Below, in pieces: positions 22,272-34,412 of a stretch of DNA of 64,000 bases. Position 1 is the stretch's first letter. Each line of letters starts with the position of its first letter. The stretch covers positions 384,001 to 448,000 of the forward strand of contig CAWKHF010000009.1 of NCBI GenBank assembly GCA_963849325.1, in the 5' to 3' direction. A program made the translations under genes and the position numbers. The notes beneath the pieces are model-generated. The model did no database searches, was not told where the DNA came from, and saw nothing but the letters and a program-made list of their open reading frames with translations. This stretch comes from an uncultured Planctomycetota bacterium. GTDB lineage: Bacteria; Planctomycetota; Planctomycetia; Gemmatales; Gemmataceae.

Positions 22272-24616
22272 ATGTCCGCTCTCCTTGTCTTCGCCAACGG
22301 CGGAGTCGCCGCGCCCTGGGAGTTATCTCTTCCAGGGCAAATCCTCGTGGGGTTCCTCGTCGTCGTGGGCATCCTGCTGCTGATCGCCTGGCTGACGGTG
22401 CGTTACATCCCGAACCAGCAGGCGGCCGTCGTCGAAAAGCTCTGGTCCAATCGCGGTTCGGTGCCGGAAGGCAGCATCCTCGCCCTGGACGGCGAGGCCG
22501 GCTTCCAGGCCGATCTGCTGCGCGGCGGCCTACATTTCGGACTTTGGAGATGGCAATATCGCCTCCACAAAATACCGCTCGTCACCATCCCCCAGGGCAA
22601 GATCGGTTACGTTTATGCCCGCGACGGCGAATCGCTGCCGCCCAGCCAGACGCTCGGCCGCGTCGTGACGTGCAACAATTTCCAGGACGCGCGGACCTTC
22701 CTCGGCCAAGCGCCGGAGGCGGGGGCCGAGAACGCGCGCGGCCAACGCGGCCGGCAGCGAGCCATCCTGCGCGAGGGCGTGTACGCCATCAATCCGGCCC
22801 TGTTCGTGGTCATCACCGAGGACGCCGTCTATCGACTGAGCATGGGAGGCGGAGCACGCGAGTTACAGGTACTGCTGAGTTGGCAGCAGCAGTTGCGCCG
22901 CATCGACGGCTTTAGCCCGGTCGTGGTTGGCGCCTCGATGCGGGTGCGCGAAACGATGGCGGACGCCGAAGCCTTGGACGAGGCCGAGGAGGAGAGAGCG
23001 TCGCTCCGCGCGAAGCGCGGACGCATCGTCGGTGCGCCGATCCCCGAGTCCCCCGTGCCGCTGGATGTGGAAGCACAGCGCGACGTGGACACCATCGCCA
23101 TCGTCACCGTCCAGGACGGCCCATCGCTGCTGCCCGGCGAGATCATCGCCCCCGGCGTCGGCAACGACAACAACGACCCCAACTACCATAACAACTATCA
23201 GGATCCCGAGGCGTTCCTGCGGGCCGGCGGCCGTCGCGGCCGCCAGTACGTGCCGCTGACCGACGGCACCTACTTCCTCAATCGCTGGTTCACCACGGTC
23301 GAGGTCGTCCCGAAAACGGTCGTGCCGATTGGCTACGTCGGCGTGGTCGTCAGTTATTACGGCCGAGTCGGACGCGACCTGTCCGGCGAGGCCTTCCGCC
23401 ACGGCGAGCGCGTCGCCGAGGGCGAGCGCGGCGTGTGGGAACGGCCGCTCGGCCCCGGCAAGTACCCCTTCAACACCTACGCCGGCCAGATCATCATGGT
23501 GCCGACGACCAACTTCGTCCTGCACTGGATCACCGGCCAATCCGAGGCGCATCGCTACGATGAGAGCCTGCGCTCCATTGACCTCGTGACCAAGGATGCT
23601 TACGAGCCGCTGTTGCCGCTGTCGGTCGTCGTTCACATCGACTACCAAAAAGCGCCCGGCGTCATCCAGCGCTTCGGCGACGTCAAGAAGCTCATCACGC
23701 AGACTCTCGACCCGATGCTGAGCGCCTACTTCCGCGACGTGGCCCACAAGAAGACGATGCTGGAGTTGCTGCACCAGCGCGATGCCATCCAGGCGGAGTC
23801 GCGCGAAGAGCTGCGCCGCAAGTTCCGCGATTTCGACATCGAGTGCGTGGACGTGCTCATCGGCAAGCCGGACACGGCCGAGGCCGGCGGCAAGATCGAG
23901 ACGCTGCTGGAACAACTCCGCGTCCGCCAACTGTCGATCGAGCAGCTGGAGACCTATGACCGTCAACGTGCCTCCGCCGACAGGCTGCGGATGCTGAACG
24001 AGGCGCAGGCGCAGGCGGCCATGCAGACGCAGCTGACCAACTCGCGCGTGCAGATCCAGATCGCCGAGAGCCAGGGCGAGGCCGACCTGGCGCGGCGCGC
24101 AAGCAGGCGGAGCAGACGGTCGTGAACGCCGACGCCGAGCTAGCCCGCGCCCGCCGCCAGGCCGAGCAGACGGTCGTGACCGCCGAGGCCGACGGCCGGC
24201 AGCGCGTCCTGGCCGGCCGCGGCGAGGCCCAGCGCGTCATGCAAGTCGGTCTATCCGAGGCATCCGTGCTCCTGCGCAAGATCGCCTCGTTCGGCGATCC
24301 ACGTCTGTACGCCCTGTCGATCATCACGGAGCAGCTGACACACAGTAGTCAGCCGCTGGTGCCCGAGCGCGTGTTCATGGCCGGCGCCAACGGCGACAGC
24401 AGCGGCAGTTCGTCCGGCGCCTCCGGCATGTTGGGGCTGCTGCTCAATCTGCTGGTCGCCGAAAAATCCGGCTTCCAGCCAGTGGACGTGGGCGAGATGA
24501 GCGGTTTGAAGGAGATCAGCGAGCGTCTGACGCGCGACGCCCTGGAGTCGCTGCGCCAGGCATCGCTGGCGCCGCCGCCGGAATCGAAGCCCGCCGCCAA
24601 CGGCCCGACGAAGTAG
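22272..24616 (+). CDS. SPFH/flotillin-like membrane protein (~780 aa); frameshift near 24098
   Basis: N-terminal TM, two 'G.RGRQ..L..G.Y..N' repeats, SPFH 'IDLVTKD..LSVVVHID', Ala/Glu-rich coiled coil. Confidence 0.85.
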
Positions 24617-24628
24617 CGAGAGTGTCAG

Positions 24629-24668
24629 AGGGCCGCTGGCGGCACAGCGCGAAGCCGCCAGCGGCCCT
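24629..24668. repeat. Palindromic element, family F
   Basis: AGGGCCGCTGGCGGC..GCCGCCAGCGGCCCT; related copy at 42631. Confidence 0.75.
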
Positions 24669-24691
24669 TCGCCTCTACGGAGAACCAACCG

Positions 24692-25408
24692 ATGTCTCCC
24701 CTCGCCGAGGGCATGCCGGACGTGATGCAGGTCTGCCGCAACGGCCACGTCATCACGGACCTGTTGCACAGCTACCCCGAGCGCGGCCTGTCGCACTGCG
24801 ACCGCTGCGGGGCCGATACCATCGAGCACTGCCTGACCTGCGGCCAGGAGCTGCCGGGCGCCATCGCCGTCCCCGGCCTGCAACCTGTCGGCGCACGGCA
24901 GCCGCCGCGCTACTGCTCGACATGCGGGGCCGCCTTCCCCTGGACCGAGCGCCCCCGTCCGCCGGCGACGACACCGCTCGCGGTCCTCGAACACCTGCTG
25001 CGCCGTCTGCCGCGCACCATCCGCGAATTGCGGACACGCCAGGGCGAGCGTCCGCCCTTCCGCGTTGAGGACGAGAGAGACCTGGAAGACCTGATGCGGG
25101 CGCTGCTGCCGCTCCACTTCGACGATGTCCGACCGGAACGTCGCACGCCGCGCTACGCCGCCGGCACGCGCACGGATTTCTTGCTGGCGCCGGAAGGTAT
25201 CGCCCTCACCCTCAAACTCGCCGTGCCGAACATCACCGAGCAACTTCCTGAGGATGCGGCATATTACCGGCGCGAGCGGAAGTATCGCATTCTCGTGGTG
25301 TTCGTCCACGATCCGGAAGCCTTGCTCCGCGAGTTGTGCCTGCCGCAAACGATCGGCGCGGAATGCGGGGAAGGCCCGGAAGTGCGGTGCGTGGTCGGCT
25401 CCAGGTAA
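24692..25408 (+). CDS. DUF2321-like Zn-ribbon domain fused to a DpnII/MboI-like PD-(D/E)XK domain
   Basis: 'QVCRNGH..CDRCG..CLTC..YCSTCGAAFPW', then 'DERDLEDL..FDDVRPE..RTDFLL..VFVHDP'. Confidence 0.7.
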   Translation: MSPLAEGMPDVMQVCRNGHVITDLLHSYPERGLSHCDRCGADTIEHCLTCGQELPGAIAVPGLQPVGARQPPRYCSTCGAAFPWTERPRPPATTPLAVLEHLLRRLPRTIRELRTRQGERPPFRVEDERDLEDLMRALLPLHFDDVRPERRTPRYAAGTRTDFLLAPEGIALTLKLAVPNITEQLPEDAAYYRRERKYRILVVFVHDPEALLRELCLPQTIGAECGEGPEVRCVVGSR

Positions 25409-25617
25409 ATCGCTCGTTTCGCTCGTCCACTGGCTCAGGGGACAAACGATCCGTTGCCCGGTCGAATCGTACTTCCCTCCGTTCCCTACTGCTGGACGGG
25501 CGTGCAACGAGACGGTTCGGGTTTTGGGGCTGTGAAGGACGAGCCAGAGTGCTACAATTGCTCCGCTGCCAACGTCGTCGGCACGGTTATTCTTCCTCGG
25601 TCAACGAAGCCGACAAC

Positions 25618-27876
25618 ATGGGTATCAACATCCTGCTCGTGGACGATCAGGAGCGCAATCTGCTGGCCCTGGAAGCGGCCCTCGAACCGCTGGGTCAGAA
25701 CCTGGTCAAGTCCCACTCCGGCGAAGAGGCGCTGCGTCTGCTGCTCCAGGACGACTTCGCGGTGGTCCTGCTCGACGTGCGCCTGGGCGACATGGACGGC
25801 TTCGAGGTCGCTCGGGCCATTCGCGCCGCGGAGAGGTCCAAGCACACCCCCATCATTTTCATCACGGCCTACGACAGCGACGACCTGGCGCCGGCGCGAG
25901 CCTACACGCTGGGCGCGGTGGATTACCTCGTCAAACCGTTGGTGCCGGAAATCCTTCGCGCCAAGGTGGCCGTCTTCATCGACCTCTTTCAGAACGTCCG
26001 CCTGCGCCAGAGCGAGCGACGGCTGCGTGCCCTTTTGGAGAACGCCTGGGACGGCATCTCCTTGGTGGGCGCCGATGGCAGCATCCTCGACAACATCCCC
26101 GACAATCTGCACCGCCTCGGCTACAGCTCCGAGGAGTTCGTCGGCCACAACGGCTTCGAGTTCGTCCACCCCGACGACCTCCCGGCCGTGGGGGGTGCGC
26201 TGGCCCAAGTTCTGCAAACAGCCGGCGCCAAGGCAACGATGCAGTATCGCCTGCGCCGCAAGGACGGCTCCTGGTGCTGGGTCGAGGGCACCGGCACCAA
26301 TCTCTTGCACGACCCGGACGTGCGGGCCATTGTCGTCAACTACCGCGACATCAGCGGGCAGAAGGAGGCGGAACGGGCCGGGGCGGAATTGGCAGCCATC
26401 GTCGAGTCGTCGGAAGACGCCATCATCGGCAAGGATCTGCACGGCGTCATCACCAGCTGGAACAAGGGAGCGGAAAGTCTCTACGGCTACACCGCCGCGG
26501 AAGTGCTGGGCAAGCCGGTCTCGCTCCTCGCCCCGCCGGAGCAGCCGGACGAGCTACCGGGCCTGCTGGAGCGACTCCAGCGCGGCGAGCGCATCCAGCC
26601 TTACCAAACGGTGCGCGTGCGCAAGGACGGCACGCGGATGGACGTATCGCTGAGTGTCTCTCCCATCCGGGACAGTCAGGGCCAGATCATCGGGGCCGCC
26701 AAGATCGCCCGCGACATCGGGCCGCAGAAGCGACTGGAGGAAGAGCTGCGCCGCGCGCGGAGGCGTTGGCGGAAGCGGATCGGCAGAAGGACCAGTTCCT
26801 GGCGATGCTCGCTCATGAGCTGCGCAACCCGCTGGCCCCTCTCGTCAGCGGCTTGCACGTCCTTCGCCAGTCACAGACGCCGCCCCAGACGCGGCAGCAG
26901 ACGCGCGACATGATGGAACGGCAATTGCGCCACCTGGCCCGGCTGATCGATGATCTGCTCGACGTGTCCCGCATCCTGCGCGGCAAGGTCCAGCTGCGTC
27001 CGGAGCGGCTGGACCTGGGACAACTGGCCCGTCGGGCGGCCGAGGACCAGCGTGCGGTCCTCCAGCGGGCGGGGCTGTCCCTTCGGCTCGACATCCCGCC
27101 ATCGCCCGTCTGGGTGCTGGGAGATGCGACCCGCTTGATCCAGTTGCTCAACAACCTGCTCGACAACGCGGCCAAGTTCGCCGCGGAGGGACGCCACGTC
27201 ACCGTCCGGGTGCGCATAGATGAAGGGCGACAGCAGGCGGTCCTGTCGGTCCAGGATGAGGGCATCGGCATTGAGACGGAGATGCTGCCGCACCTGTTCA
27301 ACGTCTTCGCCCAGGCCGACCGCAGCCTGGACCGTTCGCGCGGGGGCCTCGGCCTGGGCCTACCGCTGGTGAAAGGGCTGGCGGAGTTGCACGGCGGCAG
27401 CGCGGAGGCGTTCAGCGCGGGACCAGGGCATGGCGCCGAGTTCACCATCCGCCTGCCGAGGGGACCGGAGCCGGCGGCGTTATTGCAAAGTACCGCCGCA
27501 CCGCAGCCGTCCGGGAAACACCAACGCATTCTCGTCGTCGAAGACAACCAGGACGCGGCGAACAGCCTGTCCCTCTTGCTGGAACTGCTGGGCCACGAGG
27601 TCCGCGTCGCCTATTCGGGACCGGAGGGCGTGACGTTGGCCCAGGAGTGGCGGCCGGACATCGTGCTGTGCGACATTGGTTTGCCCGGCCTGGATGGCTA
27701 CGGCGTGGCGCGGCAACTTCGCCTCAACCCGACGACGGCGCGCGTGCGCCTGTCTGGCGCTGACGGGTTACGGCGCGGACGAAGACAAGCGTCGTTCCCG
27801 CGAGGCGGGCTTCGATTACCATCTGGTCAAACCCGCTGACCCAGAGGAATTGCAACGGCTGCTGGCCTCGGGATGA
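25618..27876 (+). CDS. Hybrid kinase REC-PAS-PAS-HisKA-HATPase-REC; frameshifts near 26755 and 27750
   Basis: 'ILLVDDQ', 'AHELRNPL', 'GGLGLGL', '[10 protein letters not shown]'. Confidence 0.9.
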
Positions 27877-27903
27877 GAGAGCACACGTCACCTTTACGAA
27901 GGA

Positions 27904-27994
27904 CCACTAACTCAATGGCGAACGGCCGGCGTAAGTCGGCTGGTGGGAGCCCCACCAGCCGACTTACGCCGGCCGTTCGCCATTGAGTTAGTGG
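27904..27994. repeat. Palindromic REP-like element, family C, with extended stem
   Basis: CCACTAACTCAATGGCGAAC..GTTCGCCATTGAGTTAGTGG between convergent genes. Confidence 0.92.
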
Positions 27995-27997
27995 CTC

Positions 27998-28921
27998 TCA
28001 GTAGTTGCTGGGATTGATGTCGCCGGCGTTGTGGGTCATGAGGGCTTTGATATAGCCATTGCCCGTGGGACTGCCGCCGTTGACGCTGCCATCGAACGTC
28101 ACCATGCGGACGCTGCCATCGTACATGCAGATGGGAAAACCGCCGGAATAGGGACCGCCCCACATGGCTCCGCCGTCATAGTCCCCACTGCCCCCGCCGT
28201 TGGCAAGCGCGTTGAGCGCGGAATCCTGGAAACTATAAATGCCGTCGCGCATACAGCTGCCGACCAAGTAAGTGGGGTCGTTCCACCACCCCGAGGTGGC
28301 GTTGTATTGGTTGGCAGCGAGAGCTCCCATGCCGGCGAAGAGCGTGTTGGAGGTGCCGTCCGTGATGCCCACCAAGGTCAACGCGGTCGGCGTGGAGGGC
28401 CATGTGGTGCTGTCAAAACCGGTGCTGACGCTGCCGCCATTGAACGGGTAGATGTTGAGGGCATAGTCGCAGTGCGAGATACCGCTGCTATCGACGAGGG
28501 GACGCCCGCGGCCGGGATCCATGTAGGTTTTTACTCCCGGAGTTTTTTGTGCCGTAGTACCGCCGATCCAATACGCCGCTGTCGCCCACAGGTTCTGCTG
28601 CTCGATGAACGGCAGGATCTGGTAGGTCCACGGTCCCTGCTGCGCCGTGCCCACGAGTTGAGACTTCGGCCAGTTCAAATGGCCAAATCCGGCGCTGGGC
28701 AGGAGATTGTAGGTGTCGTGGTGGTTCTGCATGCCCAAGCCCAGCTGCTTGAGGTTGTTGATGCTTTGGCTGCGGGCGGCAGCTTCACGCACCTTCTGCA
28801 CCGCCGGCAGCAGCAGACCGATGAGAATGGCAATGATGGCAATCACCACCAACAGCTCAATCAGCGTGAAGGCGGGCTTACCCCTTCCGGACCACTTGTC
28901 TACTTCAGGAGGTCTTATCAC
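27998..28921 (-). CDS. DUF1559 prepilin-type N-terminal cleavage/methylation protein
   Basis: '[34 protein letters not shown]', 'ITDGTSNT', 'DGSVR'. Confidence 0.95.
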   Translation of the reverse strand: MIRPPEVDKWSGRGKPAFTLIELLVVIAIIAILIGLLLPAVQKVREAAARSQSINNLKQLGLGMQNHHDTYNLLPSAGFGHLNWPKSQLVGTAQQGPWTYQILPFIEQQNLWATAAYWIGGTTAQKTPGVKTYMDPGRGRPLVDSSGISHCDYALNIYPFNGGSVSTGFDSTTWPSTPTALTLVGITDGTSNTLFAGMGALAANQYNATSGWWNDPTYLVGSCMRDGIYSFQDSALNALANGGGSGDYDGGAMWGGPYSGGFPICMYDGSVRMVTFDGSVNGGSPTGNGYIKALMTHNAGDINPSNY

Positions 28922-29067
28922 GAGTAATTCTCCACCGGGAAAAACACCAACCCTTGTTGGAAGATAAGAAAACCCCGTAAAGGTTAATTCGTAGCGGAAA
29001 TTAAGGAGCAGTCAATAGAAACCAAGAAATTCTCGAAAACGAAAACGGCAGTCGCTTGCGCTCCGGG

Positions 29068-29831
29068 CTAAACTTCCTTTCGCATCGTGAGCACCACGTA
29101 ACGGCACCAACGCGACAGCGCCGGCGCCAATCGCAGCAATGTCGCATCGCACCAGTCCAGCCCGACCACGACCCGACTCGGCCGCAGCACGCGGCGGACC
29201 ATCGACAGCAGCTGATGGCCGTCGATTTCCAGCGACGGGAACACCTCGCGCAGCACGCCCAGATGACGCCGGCGCAACGGCTGTTCGTCCGCCGTGCGTT
29301 CCTTGCCGGGATAGGGCAGGCGCCGCCGCGCCCAGTTGAGCAAGGGGTTCTCACCCCACGGCTCACAGAAGACGGCGATTCCGCCCGGTCGCAGCACGCG
29401 CCGCAGTTCGCCGGCCGCGATCCGCACATCGAGATGATGCAGGATCGCGTTGCCCCAAACGCGGGCGAAGCTGCCGTCCGCGAAGGGCAGACGCTCGGCA
29501 TCGGCATGGACGAACTCGACCGCCACGTCGTTGACGAACGCTCGCCGCCGCGCCTCGGCCAGGTAGCCCGGCGACAGGTCGAACGCCGTCACCCGCGCTC
29601 GCGCCGCGCCAACACAACGGAGGCCATGCCGTGACCGCAGCCGTAGTCCAGCACGGGTAGACCGTCCACCGCACCGAGACGCTCGATCGCGGGACGAACC
29701 CACGTTTCATGATCGAGATAGTCGCCGTCCGCAAAGCGCAGGGTGTCGGCATGGGGAAAGGAGGGGGCGCGTTCCGCAGCCTGGCGATCGTGGAAGGCTT
29801 GCTCGGCGAGGAGACGATCCGTCGTGGACAT
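29068..29831 (-). CDS. Class I SAM-dependent methyltransferase; frameshift near 29600
   Basis: 'VLDYGCGHG', 'DAERLPFADGSF', 'LRPGG'. Confidence 0.85.
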
Positions 29832-29872
29832 GAGAGCAATCCGTTTGGCACACCGTTCGCCGGAGGGCCGAC

Positions 29873-30187
29873 TCAAAACTCCAGCGCGTCGGGCCAGGCG
29901 ACCGGCACGACGAAGATTTTGCCGTCACCGATACGGCCGGTACGGGCGGCGCGGACGATGTGGTCGGCCGCTTCTTCCGCCCGGTCATCGCGGACGCAGA
30001 CGCTGATCTCGATCTTGGGCAGAAACGCCATGCTGTACTCGCTGCCGAGGTAGCGGTCGAGGTAGCCCTTCTGTCGGCTGTAGCCCTTGGCCTCGCGGAC
30101 CACGACCGAGGCAACGTCCAACTCGGCGATGGCCCGCAGCACCGCCTCGGCCCGGAACGGCTTGACGACGATGGTGAGCTGGTTCAT
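29873..30187 (-). CDS. P-II family nitrogen regulator (C-terminally shortened)
   Basis: 'KPF', 'GYSRQKG', T-loop 'YLGSEY', 'FLPK', '[11 protein letters not shown]'. Confidence 0.9.
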   Translation of the reverse strand: MNQLTIVVKPFRAEAVLRAIAELDVASVVVREAKGYSRQKGYLDRYLGSEYSMAFLPKIEISVCVRDDRAEEAADHIVRAARTGRIGDGKIFVVPVAWPDALEF

Positions 30188-30340
30188 GTCACGTCCTCGC
30201 GCAGCGGTAAGCCGTTTGACCGTCGGCGAACGAACTCCTCTCCTGCCTTTCATGGTACGAACCGGCCGTTGTTTCCGCGAGCGCAAAGACCTACACTGAA
30301 CACTTTCGCCCAGCCGCGTTCGCAGGAACCGAGGTCAGTT

Positions 30341-31821
30341 ATGACGGACCTTCCCTATCGCATCGTCATCGGCCTGGAAGTCCACGTCCAGCTGCTCACC
30401 CGGACGAAGCTGTTCTGCGGATGCAGTACGCAATTCGGCCTGCCGCCCAACTCGGCCACCTGTCCGGTGTGCATCGGCATGCCGGGCGTGCTGCCGGTCA
30501 TGAACCGCCGCGCCTTCGACCTCGCCCTTCGCGCCGCCCTGGCCCTCAACTGCCGGATCGCCCCGTTCACCAAGTGGGACCGCAAGAACTATTACTATCC
30601 CGACCTGCCGAAGAACTACCAGATCAGCCAGTACGATTTGCCCTTCAGCCACGACGGTTGGCTGGAGATCAACCGCGGCATCCGGGAGTAAGCGTATCGG
30701 CATCATCCGCGTCCATCTGGAAGAGGACGCCGGCAAGATGCTGCACGACGAGCACGGCACCGGCAAGGACAGCCTCGTGGATCTCAACCGCACCGGCACG
30801 CCGCTGCTGGAGATCGTCAGCCAGCCGGACTTGTCGTCGCCGGAGGAGGCCAAGGCCTATCTCGAAGAGGTCCGCCTGCTGCTGCGCGAGATCGGCGTAT
30901 CCGACTGCGAGATGCAGGAGGGCAGCCTGCGCTGCGACGCCAACGTCAACGTCCACATCCCACAAGCCGATGGCTCGGTCGCTCAAGACGCCGATCGTCG
31001 AGGTCAAGAACCTCAACAGCTTCCGCGCCGTCGAGCGGGCCATGAAGTACGAGGCCCAGCGGCAGTACGAAGAAGCGTTACGCGATGGCAATTATCGTCT
31101 GGGACAGGTGTCGAAGGCGACGGCCGGCTGGGACGAGGACCGCGGCGTGACCGTGGTGCAGCGCCGCAAGGAAGAGGCGTCGGATTATCGCTATTTCCCC
31201 GAGCCGGACCTGGTGCCGGTCGTGGTCGATGCGGCCTGGCTGGAGCGCGTGCGGGCCGAGATGGGCGAATTGCCGTCGGCGCAGCGCGTGCGGCTGGTCG
31301 AGCAATACGGGCTGTCGCCCTACGATGCCGGCGTGCTGATGCAACAGGGGCGGGCGCTGGTCGCCTACTTCGAGGAGGTGGCCCGCCGCAGCGGCGACGC
31401 CCGGGCGGCGTGCAACTGGGTCACCAATCAGGTGCTGGCCACGCTCAAGGAGCAGAAAGTCGAAATCGAGGATTTCTCCCTGACGGCCGAGCGCCTGGCG
31501 GAGCTGATCGCGGAGCAGAAGGCGATTGGCCTGAACAAGCAGATGGCCGGCGAGGTCTACAACCGCATGTTGGAGGGCGACTGCGGCGCCCGGCAAGCGA
31601 TGGACGAACTGGGGATCAAGCCGCCGGCCGACGCCGGCCAACTGGCCGAGATCGTCCGGCGAGCCATCGCCGCCAACGCCAAGGCGGTCGCCGATTTCAA
31701 GGCCGGCAAGACCAAGGCGGCCCAGGCGATCAAGGGCGCCGTCATGCGCGAGACCAAGGGGACGGCGCGGCCGGAGGTCGTGGAGCAGCTGATTCTGGAG
31801 GAAATCGGAAAGTCGGCGTGA
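30341..31821 (+). CDS. gatB: Asp/Glu-tRNA amidotransferase subunit B; frameshifts near 30675 and 30983
   Basis: 'IGLEVHVQL', '[11 protein letters not shown]', 'HLEEDAGK', 'EVKNLNS', '[10 protein letters not shown]'. Confidence 0.96.
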
Positions 31822-31829
31822 ACACCGTT

Positions 31830-34211
31830 TCACGGTCGCAATTCCTCGAACGTCTTGTTCAGGATGGGATACTTCTGCCAGTCCTTGTAATCGAAGTGCC
31901 ACCACTCCGCCTCATACACCGTGAATCCTTCCTCCTGCATCGCTCGCCGCAAGAGGTCGCGGTGATAACGCTGCAACGACGTGCCGCCAAGGTAATCCGC
32001 ATAAGAACGATCCGACATCTCATCGTAGCCGCCGACCATCTCGACCGCCGTGCCGGTCTTGCGGTCGTACAACGTCAGATCGACAGCGCAGCCGCGGTTG
32101 TGCCGCGATCCCTGGCGCGGGTCGGCCACGAACACGCGCAGCTTCTCCGGCGTCGCGTCCCAGAACATCTTCGTCACCGACCACGGCCGATAGCCGTCGT
32201 AAACGAGCAGGCCGTAACCCTGTTCGGCCAGCTTTTTGTGGACGCGCACCAGCGCCTCGGCCGCCGGCCTCTGCATGTACGCCTTCGCCGACGTGTAGAA
32301 CGGCGTCGAGAGGAAGTTGTTCGTCGTCGCATAGCGAATGTCGAGCTTGATCGTGTCGTCGAGGCGCAGTCAGTTCGACCAACTCCGGCTTGCGGAAGTC
32401 GCCCTTCTCCTCGGGCGGTTGGGCCTGCAAGGCGGCGCGGCGCAACTCTTCGACGGAGCGCTGCGGCTTGATCTTGAAGATTTCGCCGTTCTCGCCGTCG
32501 ATCTTTCGGCGCTCGAAGACGACGTTGGCCGCCTCGACGCGGGTGGCCTTGCTGGGGCCGTCCCGCGTGAAGATCAGCTTCTCGCCGAGATAAAGGCCGT
32601 AGTCGGGAAACCGAAACTCGTTGGCCGACACTTCCTCCAGCGGATACAGGAAGAACCACTCGATGAGCGCGTTCAGCTTGCCGTCGTGCTCGAGGATGAC
32701 CAGCGTGTTATGGTCCCAGCCGTACTCGCCGAGCAGACCGCGCCATTTCTCCGGGCATGGTTTCGGCTTCGTCACCGCGACACGTTCGTAGGTGTTATCG
32801 CGGATGTGCAGCTTGCCATCCTTCACGTCGATCTTCAGGCCGTAATCCATGCGGTCATCGACGACGAGTTGATCGCCCAGCGCCCGCAGTTCCAGTCGAT
32901 AGCCGCCGCGATCGGGCAGTGCCCACAGGTGGCCATCGCGCTCCAGCAGGTCGAGCCAACGGTCGCCGTTCTGGTAGCGCCCGGCCAGCTTGCGGGCCTT
33001 CTCGACGGAGAGCGGCGTCGTTTCCTCGATGTCCGGTAGAGGCCTGTCTTCCTTGACGGCGAGCATCTGCCGCAAGGCGACACTGGCGATGTGACTGGTC
33101 ACACCATTGGCCACGTCGCGGGAGGCGACGACAACTACGCCGAGCTTTTCCTTCGGCAGCGCCCGCAGTTCCGTGGCAAAGCCGTACATGGCGCCGCCGT
33201 GGCCGATGCTCTTGTGGCCGTCCAGATCCGACAGGTAGAAGCCAAGTCCGAAACCTTCCTTCGTCTCCTCTTTTTTGGCATCCTTCTTGACGAATTGCAG
33301 CGCCCACATTTGTTCAAGTGTTTCCGGTTTGATGATCGGGCCATGCGGCCCTTTGCCGCCGGCGAAAAGGACGTAGAGGAAGCGTCCCAGGTCGAGGACG
33401 TTGGTGTACATGCTGCCGGCCGGGGCCATGCCCAGCTCGAACGTCGGCGCCGCAAACTCGCGGCCGCCGTAGGTCCACATGATCGCCCTGGCCAGGTCTT
33501 TCGTGACGGCGGGGTCCGGCTCGAAGCGGCTGTGTTTCATGCCCAGCGGGTCGAGCAGCGTTCGCCACAGGTAACGAGCAAACGACTGTTTCTGCGTCTG
33601 TTCCAGCACGAAACCGACTGTGGCGACGGCCGCGTTGCTGTACTTGGTTTTCGTCTCCGGTTCGTAGACCAGCTGCGTCTGGTTGAGACTTTGCACCATC
33701 TTTGCCAGCGACGGGCCGGTGGGGTCGAAGTAGTTGCCGACAGGCGGCTCGCGTACGAGTCCCGAACGGTGGGCCATCATCTGCCGCAGTGTAATCGGTT
33801 TATCGTAGGGGTTGCCGGGTTTGAAGTCGGGAAGATACTTCGTGATCGGCGCATCGAGGTCGAGGACGCCGCGCTCGACGAGCTGCATGATGGCGAGGTC
33901 GGTGAACAACTTCGACACCGAGCCGACGCGATAGACTGTGTCGGCCGTGGCCGGCACTTTCGCCTTGGGATCGGCGAAGCCGAACCCGCGCGCCAGACGA
34001 TGGTCTGATCGTCCACCAAGGCGATGGACACGGCCGGCAGCTTCTTGTCGCGGACCTCCCGCGCGATGAACTCCGACAACCGCGCGGCGACGGCCTCGTA
34101 TTTCTTCGCTGGCCGGACGACCGGCTCAGCATGGACTGTCATCCCGCCGGGAAGAAACACCAGGACCAGCAGCCCGAACCAACGCAATCGCTTCACGCTC
34201 CCACAGTGCAT
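31830..34211 (-). CDS. Secreted beta-lactamase-family serine hydrolase fused to a VanX-like D-Ala-D-Ala dipeptidase; frameshifts near 33990 and 32367
   Basis: SxxK 'GSVSK', 'YSN', 'HGG'; C-terminal 'YDGYRP', '[10 protein letters not shown]', 'EWWH'. Confidence 0.87.
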
Positions 34212-34253
34212 GAGTGGACTCCTGAACAAAACCATGATGCGCTTACTGTATGT

Positions 34254-34315
34254 GGCGAGCGGGGGGCGTCAGCCCCCTGTTACTTCTAACAGGGGGCTGA
34301 CGCCCCCCGCTCGCC
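34254..34315. repeat. Palindromic REP-like element, family A
   Basis: Near-identical to 1883-1943. Confidence 0.9.
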
Positions 34316-34412
34316 CAGGGCATTGGAATGAGCCTCCGGATCGTGAAGTGGTCTTGTCGGGAGGGCGGGGGACGACCCAAGATGGACGCATCGGGAGGCA
34401 TCGCTGCAAGTC

